Shown here piece by piece: positions 8,731 to 18,551 of a DNA stretch of 64,000 bases. Made by a program: the position numbers and the translations under genes. The notes beneath the pieces were generated by a model. It was not told the DNA's origin and did no database searches. It saw nothing but the letters and a program-made list of their open reading frames with translations. The stretch spans positions 768,001 through 832,000 of the forward strand of contig CAXXHO010000003.1 in NCBI GenBank assembly GCA_963667725.2, read 5' to 3'. This DNA comes from Treponemataceae bacterium (lineage in GTDB: Bacteria; Spirochaetota; Spirochaetia; Treponematales; Rectinemataceae). Numbering within the stretch: position 1 is the stretch's first letter; each line of letters begins with the position of its first letter.

Positions 8731-9854
8731 TGAGCATCGAAATAAGACCAGTGGCCTCCAAAGCCGAGCTTAAGGCCTTCGTGGCGTTCCCTGAAACTAT
8801 CTATGGCGACGAGCCCAACTGGGTACCGGCATTTCTGTTTGACGATATGAACACCCTCAACAGAAAGAAAAACCCCGCCTTTGAATTCTGCGAAGCCGAG
8901 TATTGGACAGCGTGGAAGGACGGCCTGATGGTCGGCAGGATAGCCGGCATCATAAACCGCCGCTATGTCGAAAAATGGGGGAAAAAATACGCCAGGTTCG
9001 GATGGATCGACTTCATCGAAGATTTTGAGGTGGCCAAGGCCCTGGTCCAGACCGTGGAAAAGTGGGCGCGCTCGAAGGGAATGGAAGGCCTGCACGGTCC
9101 TCTCGGCTTCACCGATCTCGACAGGGAAGGCATGCTTGTGGAAGGATTCAACGAGCGGGCCACCTTCGCGACGATCTATAATCATCCGTATTATTCCGTC
9201 TACATGGAAAAGCTCGGCTATGCCAAGGACGTCGATTGGCTGGAGTTCCAGATCCAGACGCCCGATGCCATTCCCGAAAAAATACTGCGGGTGAACGAAA
9301 TCCTGGCCAAGCGTTCAGGCGTGAGGCTGCTCGACTGGAAGAGCAAGAAAAAGCTCATCGCTGACTATGCCGACCAAATTTTCGATCTCCTCGATGAAGC
9401 GTACGCGGGGCTTTACGGCACGACGCCGCTCTCGCGCAGGCAGGTGGAAGCCTATATCGATCAGTATCTGGGTTTCGTCGATCCGCGCTTCACGAAAGTG
9501 ATGGTGGACAAGGACGACAAGCTGGTTGGCTTTGCCATAACGATACCCAGCCTTTCGGAAGCCCTCTATAAATCGAGGGGCAGATTGTTCCCCCTCGGCT
9601 GGGCCAGGCTTCTCTGGGCGCTAAAGCACCCCAAGACTATCGATATGATGCTGATCGCTGTCCGCAAGGAATATCTCCAGAGAGGCATCGTGGCGCTCAT
9701 GATGACTAACCTCAACCAAAGCGCGATAGAGGCAGGGATCAAGTTTTCGGAGACAAATCCCGAGCTGGAAACGAATATAGCGGTACAGGGACTTTGGAAG
9801 AGCTATCCCAGAAGGCAGCACAAGCGCAGGAGAGTCTACATCAAGCTGCTGTAA
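8727..9854 (+). CDS. GNAT-family N-acetyltransferase (YghO-like)
   Basis: WVP, GRIAG, RFGWIDF.ED, GPLGFT, GMLVEGF, YNHPYY, ELETN. Confidence 0.85.
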   Translation: MMSIEIRPVASKAELKAFVAFPETIYGDEPNWVPAFLFDDMNTLNRKKNPAFEFCEAEYWTAWKDGLMVGRIAGIINRRYVEKWGKKYARFGWIDFIEDFEVAKALVQTVEKWARSKGMEGLHGPLGFTDLDREGMLVEGFNERATFATIYNHPYYSVYMEKLGYAKDVDWLEFQIQTPDAIPEKILRVNEILAKRSGVRLLDWKSKKKLIADYADQIFDLLDEAYAGLYGTTPLSRRQVEAYIDQYLGFVDPRFTKVMVDKDDKLVGFAITIPSLSEALYKSRGRLFPLGWARLLWALKHPKTIDMMLIAVRKEYLQRGIVALMMTNLNQSAIEAGIKFSETNPELETNIAVQGLWKSYPRRQHKRRRVYIKLL

Positions 9855-9881
9855 ATCGCCCGGCATTGCCTGGCAGGTTTT

Positions 9882-10526
9882 TCAGCCTATCTCCGGTTCG
9901 CGCAGATAGAGCGGACCTTCCAGTTCACCGGCGCCGCCTTTTTCCATGAATTGGATTTCGGCGAGATGTGCCAGTCCAGAAAGCCGCTTGGCGGCATCGT
10001 CCTTTTCGACGCTAAATCCTGGCCTTTCGAGGGCATAGTCCGAGAGGAGATCGGCGTCGGGACCGACAAAAGAAACCTCAGCCTCTCCGTCCACAGCGGC
10101 AAGCAGGGCGGAGAGTGAGACATCGAGATATTCGCTCAGCCTTTGCCCGCTCCGATAGAGCGCGGCGTAAATCCGATTTTTCCGCGCGTCTATGACGGGG
10201 ACTACGGTCCGCCCCGGCTTTTCCCGGCCGAAAGCCATGCAATCGAGGGTGGGAACGCCGACCCAGGGCAGGCCGAGCGCCAGCGACAGGCCTTTGGCCG
10301 TGGACATGCCTATGCGCAGCCCCGTGAATGAACCGGGGCCGCTTGTGCAGGCGATGAGGTCGATATCCTTCAAGCCTATCGAGGCATCGGCCAGGCAACG
10401 CTCGATGGTGGGCAGCAGGGTTTCCGAATGTCTAAACCCGCTTTCCACCCTCGTTTTCATGCCTCCGTCGCTTTTTACGCCCACGGCCAGCATATCGGTG
10501 GACGTATCGAATACGAGAATATTCAT
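9882..10526 (-). CDS. tsaB: t6A biosynthesis protein TsaB
   Basis: ILVFDTST, HSE.LLP, GPGSFTGLRIG, DARK, PLYLR. Confidence 0.95.
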   Translation of the reverse strand: MNILVFDTSTDMLAVGVKSDGGMKTRVESGFRHSETLLPTIERCLADASIGLKDIDLIACTSGPGSFTGLRIGMSTAKGLSLALGLPWVGVPTLDCMAFGREKPGRTVVPVIDARKNRIYAALYRSGQRLSEYLDVSLSALLAAVDGEAEVSFVGPDADLLSDYALERPGFSVEKDDAAKRLSGLAHLAEIQFMEKGGAGELEGPLYLREPEIG

Positions 10527-10963
10527 GGCAACAATGCCTCCAGCCAGGCTCCCTGGAGGGAAATCCGGCGGTTGTCGTCTTTTTCGAACTGTATATCTAT
10601 TATGGCTGTTCTTTCATTCACTATTTCGGGCAGCCTTTCGCCCCATTCGATAAGGCAGAGACTGCCGGGTTCCTCGAGCATTTCCAGTCCGCCGATTTCG
10701 AAAAAGTCGGCCTCTCCCGAAAGCCTGTAGGCGTCGATGTGGTAGAGCGTGAGCCTGCCTTTATATTCGGATACGATCGTGTAGGTAGGGGAGGTCACTT
10801 CCTCGGTTATCCCGAGACCTTTCGCGATGCCCTTGCTCATGGTGGTTTTGCCGGCGCCAAGATCGCCCCTGTAGACGATGACGGTGCCGCCGGAAACCGA
10901 TTTTCCTATCAGTTCTCCCAGAGCGAGCGTCTCTTCCCTGCCATGTGATATGAATGTCTTCAG
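10523..10963 (-). CDS. tsaE: t6A biosynthesis ATPase TsaE (probable CTG start)
   Basis: EETLALG, GDLGAGKTT, VTSPTYTIV, HIDAYRL, IEWGE; no in-frame ATG/GTG/TTG upstream of the Walker A. Confidence 0.92.
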   Translation of the reverse strand: MKTFISHGREETLALGELIGKSVSGGTVIVYRGDLGAGKTTMSKGIAKGLGITEEVTSPTYTIVSEYKGRLTLYHIDAYRLSGEADFFEIGGLEMLEEPGSLCLIEWGERLPEIVNERTAIIDIQFEKDDNRRISLQGAWLEALLP

Positions 10964-11156
10964 AATTTTCTCCGCGGCACGAGTATACCGCCATAGGCCG
11001 ATCTTGCGCCAGCACCGTTGAGCGGGCCTCTGGGATATCGGTCAATTCCATGGTAAATTATCCTTGTTATTATACCGAGAATAAAGCAGACCCGTTTTGG
11101 TCAGATCTGACGAAATATGTCCTATAATGACATGGGCGCGTCTATGGAGGATTGTG

Positions 11157-12083
11157 GTGACAAAAAGTGGTTTGAGGTTTCCCGCATCCGATGGAAAGTT
11201 GATCGCGTATCAAAAAGTGATTCCCTCCGCGCAGGCTAAAGCCGTTGTCGTGATCGGGCATGGCATGAACGAACATGGGGGCCGCTACTCCCATCTGGCA
11301 AAGGCTCTGGCCGACGTCGGTCTGGCCGTTTACATACCCGATCTCCGCGGTCATGGAGATACCGACGACGGCGCGAATCGAGGCTACCTCGCCGATTCGA
11401 ACGGCTTTGAGAGAGTAGTCGAGGATCTTATGGAGCTGGGCGACTTTGCCGCGAAGGAAGAGGGAGGTCTTCCTCTTTATTATTTCGGGCATTCCTTCGG
11501 GTCCATTCTTTGCCTCGCTCTCAGCGGCATATACGGAAAGTATATGGATGGCGTGGTTCTATCGGGGCTGCCGGAAAAGCCGACACCTTTCCTGGCTCTC
11601 GCCGGAAAGTTCATCATGAAGGTAGGCAAGTTTTTCAAGGGCGGACACGCTCCGGCCGGGATACTTCGCTCGATGACCTTCGGCAGTTATGCCAAGACTG
11701 TTAAAAACATGAGGACAGGATCGGACTGGATCAGCAGGGATACGGAGGTCGTCGATAAGTACATCGCCGATCCCAAATGCAATTTCGTCTGCTCCTTCGG
11801 TTTCTACGGCGACCTGATGCATGGACTCGAGCAAGTCTATTCCGAAAGTTTCCTGGACAGCATTCCGACAAATCTTCCGATATATTCGATCAGCGGATCG
11901 GAGGATCCCGTCGCCGGAATGAAGACCGGGTTTGAGACGATGTCGCGCACTTTCAGAGAATTGGGGCTTGTCGATTTCGAATCGAAATGCTACGAGGGCG
12001 GCAGGCACGAGAGCATCAACGAATTGAACAAGGACGAAGTCCTGTCCGATATCGCCGACTGGTTTTCGCGGCATATTGCATAA
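11157..12083 (+). CDS. alpha/beta hydrolase (lysophospholipase-like)
   Basis: HGMNEH..RY, DLRGHG, GHSFG, G.EDPV, RHES.NE; GTG start after GGAGG. Confidence 0.9.
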   Translation: MTKSGLRFPASDGKLIAYQKVIPSAQAKAVVVIGHGMNEHGGRYSHLAKALADVGLAVYIPDLRGHGDTDDGANRGYLADSNGFERVVEDLMELGDFAAKEEGGLPLYYFGHSFGSILCLALSGIYGKYMDGVVLSGLPEKPTPFLALAGKFIMKVGKFFKGGHAPAGILRSMTFGSYAKTVKNMRTGSDWISRDTEVVDKYIADPKCNFVCSFGFYGDLMHGLEQVYSESFLDSIPTNLPIYSISGSEDPVAGMKTGFETMSRTFRELGLVDFESKCYEGGRHESINELNKDEVLSDIADWFSRHIA

Positions 12084-12128
12084 ACGTGGCGTATAATCGC
12101 ATTATGTTGAAACGAGTGAGGCTTTTCT

Positions 12129-13289
12129 GTGTTCATCCGATATCGTAGAGACAAAAAAGGCAAACCTGTCGAACAAGCGCTGATCTATACGGAACACGAA
12201 CATGGCATAAAGAAAGCCATGATCGATCCAGAGGCGATCAGGATTATCGAGCGTCTCAAGAGCGCCGGCCATCAGGCATATATCGTGGGCGGCGCCGTTC
12301 GCGACCTGGTGCAGGACAGAAAGCCCAAAGATTTCGACTTGGTCACCGACGCCCTGCCCACGAAGATCAGAAAGCTTTTTCGCAACGCCCGCATCATCGG
12401 CAAACGATTCCGCCTTGTCCACATAATGGCCGGCGGCGATATATTCGAAGTGAGCACCTTCAGGTCCATCAAGAACGGATCGGTGGGCAACGAATTCGGC
12501 AGCATCGACGAGGACGTGCTCCGCAGGGATTTCACGTTCAACGCGCTGTATTACGACCCCACCGACCAGACCCTCGTCGACTTCGTGGGGGGATTCAAGG
12601 ATCTCAAGGCCGGAAGGATCAAGCCGATCATCCCCCTCAACCGGATTTTCAAGGAAGACCCCGTGCGGATCATTCGCGGGGTGAAATACGGGGCTCTGGC
12701 GGATTTTAAGATACCCTTCGCGCTGAAGCACGCCATTAAGAAAGACGCTCATCTCCTGGCCGACGTAAGCAGCTCGAGGATGACGGAAGAATTCTTCAAG
12801 ATTCTGGCTTCGGGAAAATCGGAACGCATCTTCCGCATCTTAAGCGAGTTCAGGCTTCTGGAATATTTCGTGCCCTCCGTATGGGAGAAAATCCAGACCG
12901 ACCTCGGCTACTCGCAGAAGCTTTTCGCCGACCTCCAGACCCTCGACGCCCTGCGGATAGAGGTAAGCGACAGCGATATCGAAGAGACAGACGCGGATTC
13001 CGCGGCCAGGGGGCAGCAGAAACTCTCGGTGATCCTCTCCTGGTTCCTGAAATCCTGGATCGTACCCGAAGGGGGCAGCTTTGAAGATTCCAGCGAAGCC
13101 TTCCGTACGGCCCTCCTTTCGGCCCGATCATTCATCCAGCCCCTGAATCCCCCTCGCGTGGAGCTGGAAGCCGCCATCCTCATGATTTTCAGGACTTCCG
13201 GCCTCTCTCCCCTGCAAAAGCCGCAGAAAACGAGAAGAAGGCGAAGGCCTTCGGGGAAAAGAGCAGAGCTGCCCCCGGCATCGCCCTAA
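12129..13289 (+). CDS. pcnB: poly(A) polymerase
   Basis: VGGAVRD, KDFD, PAP signature IIGKRFRLVHI, RRDFTFNALYY, EDPVRIIR. Confidence 0.9.
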   Translation: MFIRYRRDKKGKPVEQALIYTEHEHGIKKAMIDPEAIRIIERLKSAGHQAYIVGGAVRDLVQDRKPKDFDLVTDALPTKIRKLFRNARIIGKRFRLVHIMAGGDIFEVSTFRSIKNGSVGNEFGSIDEDVLRRDFTFNALYYDPTDQTLVDFVGGFKDLKAGRIKPIIPLNRIFKEDPVRIIRGVKYGALADFKIPFALKHAIKKDAHLLADVSSSRMTEEFFKILASGKSERIFRILSEFRLLEYFVPSVWEKIQTDLGYSQKLFADLQTLDALRIEVSDSDIEETDADSAARGQQKLSVILSWFLKSWIVPEGGSFEDSSEAFRTALLSARSFIQPLNPPRVELEAAILMIFRTSGLSPLQKPQKTRRRRRPSGKRAELPPASP

Positions 13290-13304
13290 ATCTTCCCTTC
13301 ATAC

Positions 13305-13333
13305 TTGACAAGCACGCTCGCATTTTTCACTAT
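13305..13333 (+). promoter_or_regulatory. sigma70 promoter (probably leaderless transcript)
   Basis: TTGACA-17-CACTAT, 6 nt before GTG 13340. Confidence 0.65.
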
Positions 13334-13339
13334 AAGGGC

Positions 13340-14035
13340 GTGAACCCCGAAAAGCTTTCGCTGCTTTCCGATCAGGAGCTGATGCTTCTGGCTGAACGTA
13401 TGGGTATCTATATCCCTGACGGTTTGGATCGGCCTTTCGTCATCGAGGAAATAATCTCGGCGCTGGAGGACGACGACAGGGAGAGAGTGTTCAGCCACGA
13501 CGGAACCGGCCATGTCGAGGAAAAAAAGCTCTCCGGCGGGTCCTATGCCCCCTATCCCTCGCACGACCATTCAGGCATTCCGGAACGCTACAACGAGACG
13601 ATGATACGCGCTCTCCCCCGCGATCCTTCATGGATCTACGCGTATTGGGACATTTCGGAGCAGAAAAGGACTTCCTTCACCGAGGAAGAAGCATCGGCAG
13701 GCCTGTTCCTGCGGGTTATCGAGCTGAATCCGCAGAGCGAGCGCAAGAATAGCTTTTTCGATATAGGCATAAGCATGGACGACTGGAAATGGTACATCAA
13801 TATCCCCCAGCCCGGTTCCACCTATCGGGTTGACTTATGCCTGCACAAAAGTGATAAGATCAGGGCGCTCGCGCGTTCCAATGAAGTGCGCATGCCTGTC
13901 TACTACATGCAGCGAACGCAGCAAATGCCCCAGATCACGAAGAGCCTGCTAATTCTCTCTGGTATTGAAGGATTACATTTGACCGAACCGAGGGACGATA
14001 ATCCAAACAGGATACTGATGGCCGATGGGGAGTAA
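13340..14035 (+). CDS. DUF4912 domain protein
   Basis: PERYNET.I..LPRDP.W.YAYWD, WYINIP, ARSN.V..P; typical partner of GH57 branching enzyme. Confidence 0.85.
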   Translation: MNPEKLSLLSDQELMLLAERMGIYIPDGLDRPFVIEEIISALEDDDRERVFSHDGTGHVEEKKLSGGSYAPYPSHDHSGIPERYNETMIRALPRDPSWIYAYWDISEQKRTSFTEEEASAGLFLRVIELNPQSERKNSFFDIGISMDDWKWYINIPQPGSTYRVDLCLHKSDKIRALARSNEVRMPVYYMQRTQQMPQITKSLLILSGIEGLHLTEPRDDNPNRILMADGE

Positions 14036-14044
14036 AGGAAGAAG

Positions 14045-15643
14045 ATGAAAAAGCCCTGCCTCGCACTGGTGCTCAATGCCCATCTTCCCTTCGTCAGGAA
14101 ACCTGAAATAGACCCGTTCTTCGAGGAACGCTGGCTGTTCGAGGCGATTTCCGAGACATATCTCCCCCTCCTGAGGCTTTTCAGGAAACTCGAAACCGAA
14201 AATATCCCTTTCAAGCTGAGTATCGCGATCTCTCCCACCTTGCTGGCCATGCTCTCCGACAAAATTCTCTGCGATCGCTATTCGCGCTATCTCGACCTGC
14301 AGCTGGAGCTGGCGGCGCAGGAAAAGAAAAGACTGTCCGGCGATTCGGTATTCGCTCCGATCGCACAGCTCTATCATACGCTGTACAAGCGCAATAAGGA
14401 CGATTTTGACAATCTCTATCTGAAGAATATCCTCACCGCTTTCGATTACTTCTACAAGAAAGGCAAGATCGAAGTGCTCACGAGCGGCGCTACCCACGCC
14501 TTCCTCCCCTTATTCCAGGACGCTCCCCAGGCGATCCACGCCCAGGTGGAAACCGCCATAGTCACCCACCGCTCGGTTTTCGGAAAGAACCCGCAGGGAT
14601 TCTGGCTTCCCCAGTTCGGCTGGTATCCTGGGCTCGGCGAGCTCCTGCATGACTACAACATCAAGTACACGATCGTCACGACGCGGGGAGCTCTCCTCGG
14701 GCATCCCACTCCCTTCTACGGCTCATTTTCGCCCGTCACGACTCCCTCCGGCCTCACGGTCTTCATCAGGGACGCCGGGGCAACGAAAGCCGTTTGGTCC
14801 GAAACCGAAGGCTATCCCGCCGATCCGGTCTACCGCGATTTCTACCGCGATATTGGCTACGACCTCGATACGTCCTACGTGGGACCCTTCCTTGGCGAGG
14901 GCATCGATCACGGCGTTACTGGCTTCAAATACTGGGCGGTGACCGGCCATACCGATCAGAAGCGTCCCTACGAGCCGCTCTCCGCGGCGGCGAAGGTCAT
15001 TGAGCATGCCCACGCCTTCTTGGCCGAAAGGAAAGCGGCGGCTAGGGCGGCTTCCTTCTGGATGAAGGACCGCCAGCCCCTCATCGTCTGCCCCTATGAT
15101 GCCGAACTATTCGGACATTGGTGGTTCGAGGGGCCGCAATTCCTGGAAGCCCTCTTCAAGACAGCGGCCAGGAAACGCGGCGACGACGATCTCGAGTTCG
15201 TCACCCTGAGCGAATACGATCGCAATTTCCCAGAAAACCCCGTATCGGAGCCCGAATTCTCCTCCTGGGGGGAGGGAGGCTATGCCGAAGTCTGGCTGGA
15301 CGGCTCCAACGACTGGGTGCACCGACACAGTCACCAGGCCATCGAGCGGATGATGGAGCTGGCTGAGCGCTTTCCCAACGAATCGGGCTTGCGGGAACGC
15401 ATCCTGAACCAGGGAGCCCGGGAGGCTCTCCTCACCATGGCCTCCGACTGGCCCCTCCTGCTCCGTTCGGGGCAGTCGAGTTCTTTCGCCAAGGGACAGA
15501 TCGAGGAATCCGTGGGCAACTTCACGCGCATCTACGAGATGCTCTGCGCCAACACCGTCGACACCGAATGGCTGACGACCCTGGAAAAGAAGAACAATCT
15601 GTTCCCGGAGATCAACTACCGGGTATTCGCGCAAAAACGCTGA
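14045..15643 (+). CDS. GH57 1,4-alpha-glucan branching enzyme (DUF1957)
   Basis: HLPFV, EAISETYLP, THAFLP, G.WLP, YDAELFGHWWFEG, SSWG, SDW; note WLPQ where WLPE (nucleophile) is usual. Confidence 0.9.
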   Translation: MKKPCLALVLNAHLPFVRKPEIDPFFEERWLFEAISETYLPLLRLFRKLETENIPFKLSIAISPTLLAMLSDKILCDRYSRYLDLQLELAAQEKKRLSGDSVFAPIAQLYHTLYKRNKDDFDNLYLKNILTAFDYFYKKGKIEVLTSGATHAFLPLFQDAPQAIHAQVETAIVTHRSVFGKNPQGFWLPQFGWYPGLGELLHDYNIKYTIVTTRGALLGHPTPFYGSFSPVTTPSGLTVFIRDAGATKAVWSETEGYPADPVYRDFYRDIGYDLDTSYVGPFLGEGIDHGVTGFKYWAVTGHTDQKRPYEPLSAAAKVIEHAHAFLAERKAAARAASFWMKDRQPLIVCPYDAELFGHWWFEGPQFLEALFKTAARKRGDDDLEFVTLSEYDRNFPENPVSEPEFSSWGEGGYAEVWLDGSNDWVHRHSHQAIERMMELAERFPNESGLRERILNQGAREALLTMASDWPLLLRSGQSSSFAKGQIEESVGNFTRIYEMLCANTVDTEWLTTLEKKNNLFPEINYRVFAQKR

Positions 15644-15719
15644 CCGTCAGAATGGTTTCTACCGACTCGCATACATTCCCGGGCTGTTAAAGACTTCCCG
15701 GATACGACAGGAGAGAACA

Positions 15720-16949
15720 ATGAACGTAGTGATTATCGGTGCCCAATGGGGCGATGAAGGGAAGGGGAAAATCGTCGATTATCTCGCCCATGAGGCGGGA
15801 ATCGTCGTGCGCTTTTCCGGCGGCGCCAACGCGGGACATACGATCGTTCTCTCCGGAACGCGCTATGCCCTCCATCTCGTCCCTTCGGGAATCCTTTATT
15901 CCGACAAGATCGTCATCCTGGGCTCAGGCATGGTCATCGATCCCGAAGCGCTTTTCATCGAACTCGACGGCCTAAAGGCCAAGGGCATTGACTGGGAAGG
16001 CCGCGTCCTCATCTCGGACCGGGCTCACATCGTCCTGCCGCGCTACAAGGAGCTTGACAAGCAGGTAGACAGCCAGCGCAAGAAACCCATAGGCACGACG
16101 GGCAGGGGAATCGGTATCGCCTACTCCCTCAAGGCCTCGCGCGACGGCATCCGGCTGGCCGACCTCGACGACGAGGAGCGCCTTCGCAACCTGACCGACG
16201 AGGACAGGGCTTTCTTGGGCGCCTGGAGGGAGAAGCTCCTCCCCATGTCAGTCCCCGCCAGCTCCTATCTCCACCACCACAAGAATTCCTGGACCCTCTT
16301 CGAAGGCGCCCAGGGCGCTCTCCTCGACATCGATACGGGCACCTATCCTTTCGTCTCCTCGGGCATGTCCTGCGCCGCCGGCGCGGCCGCCCAGGGCGGC
16401 ATAGGCCCGCGGGACATCGATAGGATCCTCGGCGTGTTCAAGGCCTATACCACCAGGGTGGGCAACGGCCCCTTCCCGACGGAGTTCGCCGACGATTCGC
16501 CCGGCTCTCTCTCGAACTACATCAGGACCACCGGCAACGAATTCGGCGTCACGACGGGCAGGCCCCGCCGCTGCGGCTACCTCGACCTCGTCGCGCTCCG
16601 CTACGCCTGCATGGTCAATTCGCTCGATCGGCTCGTGCTGACCCACCTCGACGTCTACGATAACCTGCCCGAATTCGAGGCCTGCGTCGCCTACAAGATA
16701 AACGGAAAAGTGGTGGAGGATTTCCCCGCCTCGATAAAAGACCTGGAATCAGCCACCCCCATACTCAAGAAATTCCCCGGCTGGAACGAACGCATCGACG
16801 AATGCCGCCAGTGGGACGAACTTCCCCTGCGCGCGCGCGAATACGTCCAGTTCATAGAGGAATTCACCGAAACGCCGGTGTCCATCATCTCGGTCGGATC
16901 AGACCGGAACCAGACCATCATAAGGGAGAGCCCGTGGATAAGATCCTGA
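15720..16949 (+). CDS. purA: adenylosuccinate synthetase
   Basis: GAQWGDEGKGK, GGANAGHT, GTTGRGIG, TTGRPRRCG. Confidence 0.98.
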   Translation: MNVVIIGAQWGDEGKGKIVDYLAHEAGIVVRFSGGANAGHTIVLSGTRYALHLVPSGILYSDKIVILGSGMVIDPEALFIELDGLKAKGIDWEGRVLISDRAHIVLPRYKELDKQVDSQRKKPIGTTGRGIGIAYSLKASRDGIRLADLDDEERLRNLTDEDRAFLGAWREKLLPMSVPASSYLHHHKNSWTLFEGAQGALLDIDTGTYPFVSSGMSCAAGAAAQGGIGPRDIDRILGVFKAYTTRVGNGPFPTEFADDSPGSLSNYIRTTGNEFGVTTGRPRRCGYLDLVALRYACMVNSLDRLVLTHLDVYDNLPEFEACVAYKINGKVVEDFPASIKDLESATPILKKFPGWNERIDECRQWDELPLRAREYVQFIEEFTETPVSIISVGSDRNQTIIRESPWIRS

Positions 16950-18493
16950 TTCTCGACTACGGCAGCCAGTACACGCAGCTCATCGGCCGAAGGGTGAGGG
17001 AGCTGGGCGTCTATTCGGAAATACTGCCGGGCGATTCGGCCCTGGATGCCGCCGCGCTCGAGAGCTGCGTCGGCATCGTCCTCTCCGGCTCGCCCTTCAG
17101 CGCCTACGAGGCGGGGGCTCCGGTTCCCCACGAATCCCTCTACGCCAGCGGCCTGCCCATCCTTGGCATCTGCTACGGTATCCAGAAGATGACCCTCGAC
17201 CAGGGCGGCGCCGTCGAGCGCCTGCCCGAGCGAGAATACGGCAGAAAGCCCGTCTCTCTCCTCGAGAGCGGGACGCGCGATCCGCTCTTCGCCGGCGTGG
17301 GCCGTGAATTTTCCACCTGGATGAGCCACGGCGACTCCATCGCGAAGGCGGCCCCGGGCTGGGAGATAATCGCCGAGTCAGAGGGCGGCATCCCCGCGGC
17401 CTTAGCGCACGGAAGGCTGCCGCGCTGGGGCGTCCAGTTCCATCCCGAGGTGAGCCACTGCGAGTTCGGCCAGAAAATCCTTGGCAATTTCGTGCTGGGC
17501 ATATGCAAAGCCGACGGCGGCTGGTCCATGCAGGCATACCTGGAGCGCGAAGCCGACAGGATCAGGGCCAAGGTCGGGAAAGCGCCGGCCCTCCTCCTCA
17601 TATCGGGCGGCGTGGATTCCACCGTGGCGGGAGCCTTCCTCCTCAAGGTCCTCGATCCCGCACAAGTCTATCTCCTCTATATCGATACGGGCCTCATGCG
17701 CAAGGCCGAGAGTGACGAGGTTATGAAAAACCTCTCCTCGCTCGGCGCGCGCCACCTCCACATGGTCGACGCCGAAACCGAGTTCCTGGGCGCGCTGGCC
17801 AGCGAGGCCGACCCCGAAAAGAAGCGCCGGATCATAGGCGATCTCTTCATCACCATCCAGGAGCGCGAGGTGGCGAGGCTGGGCATCCCCGAGGCGTTCC
17901 TTGTCCAGGGGACGCTCTACACGGACCTCATCGAATCGGGCAAGGGCGTGGGGAAGAAGGCGCAGGTGATTAAAAGCCATCACAACGTGCGGAGCCCCCT
18001 CGTCGAGAAGAAGCGGGAAGAGGGACGGGTCATCGAACCGCTGGACAGACTCTACAAGGACGAAGTCCGCGCCCTAGGCCGCCTTTTGGGCCTGCCTCCC
18101 CATGTCGTCGGCCGCCATCCCTTCCCGGGGCCGGGCCTGGGCGTGCGTATCCTCGGCGACGTGACGAAGGAAAAATGCGATATCCTCCGCGACGCCGACG
18201 CGGTCTTCATCGGCGAACTGAAAGAGCGCGGACTCTACGACAAGATATGGCAGGCTTTCTGCGTGCTTCTGCCCATCCGCTCGGTGGGCGTCGCCGGCGA
18301 TGAGCGCAAGTACGGCTACGTGGTGGCCCTGAGAGCCGTCGTCAGCGAGGACGGCATGACGGCCGACGTCTATCCCTTCGAATCGAAGGACCTCATCGCC
18401 ATTTCCTCGGCCATCACGAACAAGGTGCCGGCAGTCGGGCGCGTCGCCTACGATGTCTCCTCCAAGCCGCCCGCCACGATCGAGTGGGAGTGA
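16934..18493 (+). CDS. guaA: GMP synthase (glutamine-hydrolysing)
   Basis: GTG start; ILDYGSQYTQLI, GICYG, QFHPEV, SGGVDS, KPPATIEWE. Confidence 0.98.
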   Translation: MDKILILDYGSQYTQLIGRRVRELGVYSEILPGDSALDAAALESCVGIVLSGSPFSAYEAGAPVPHESLYASGLPILGICYGIQKMTLDQGGAVERLPEREYGRKPVSLLESGTRDPLFAGVGREFSTWMSHGDSIAKAAPGWEIIAESEGGIPAALAHGRLPRWGVQFHPEVSHCEFGQKILGNFVLGICKADGGWSMQAYLEREADRIRAKVGKAPALLLISGGVDSTVAGAFLLKVLDPAQVYLLYIDTGLMRKAESDEVMKNLSSLGARHLHMVDAETEFLGALASEADPEKKRRIIGDLFITIQEREVARLGIPEAFLVQGTLYTDLIESGKGVGKKAQVIKSHHNVRSPLVEKKREEGRVIEPLDRLYKDEVRALGRLLGLPPHVVGRHPFPGPGLGVRILGDVTKEKCDILRDADAVFIGELKERGLYDKIWQAFCVLLPIRSVGVAGDERKYGYVVALRAVVSEDGMTADVYPFESKDLIAISSAITNKVPAVGRVAYDVSSKPPATIEWE

Positions 18494-18551
18494 ATTGTCG
18501 TATTGATCCTTTGTCGGGTTTATAAAAATAGTATCAAAACGAGGCAGGAAG

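Noticed and set aside
12086..12112. Second dif/pdif-like sequence GTGGCGTATAA-TCGCA-TTATGTTGAAA
   Set aside because: Central region is 5 bp rather than 6, and its TATAAT is better explained as the pcnB -10 box
12129..13289. CCA-adding enzyme (both tRNAs lack an encoded CCA)
   Set aside because: Carries the poly(A) polymerase signature IIGKRFRLVHI
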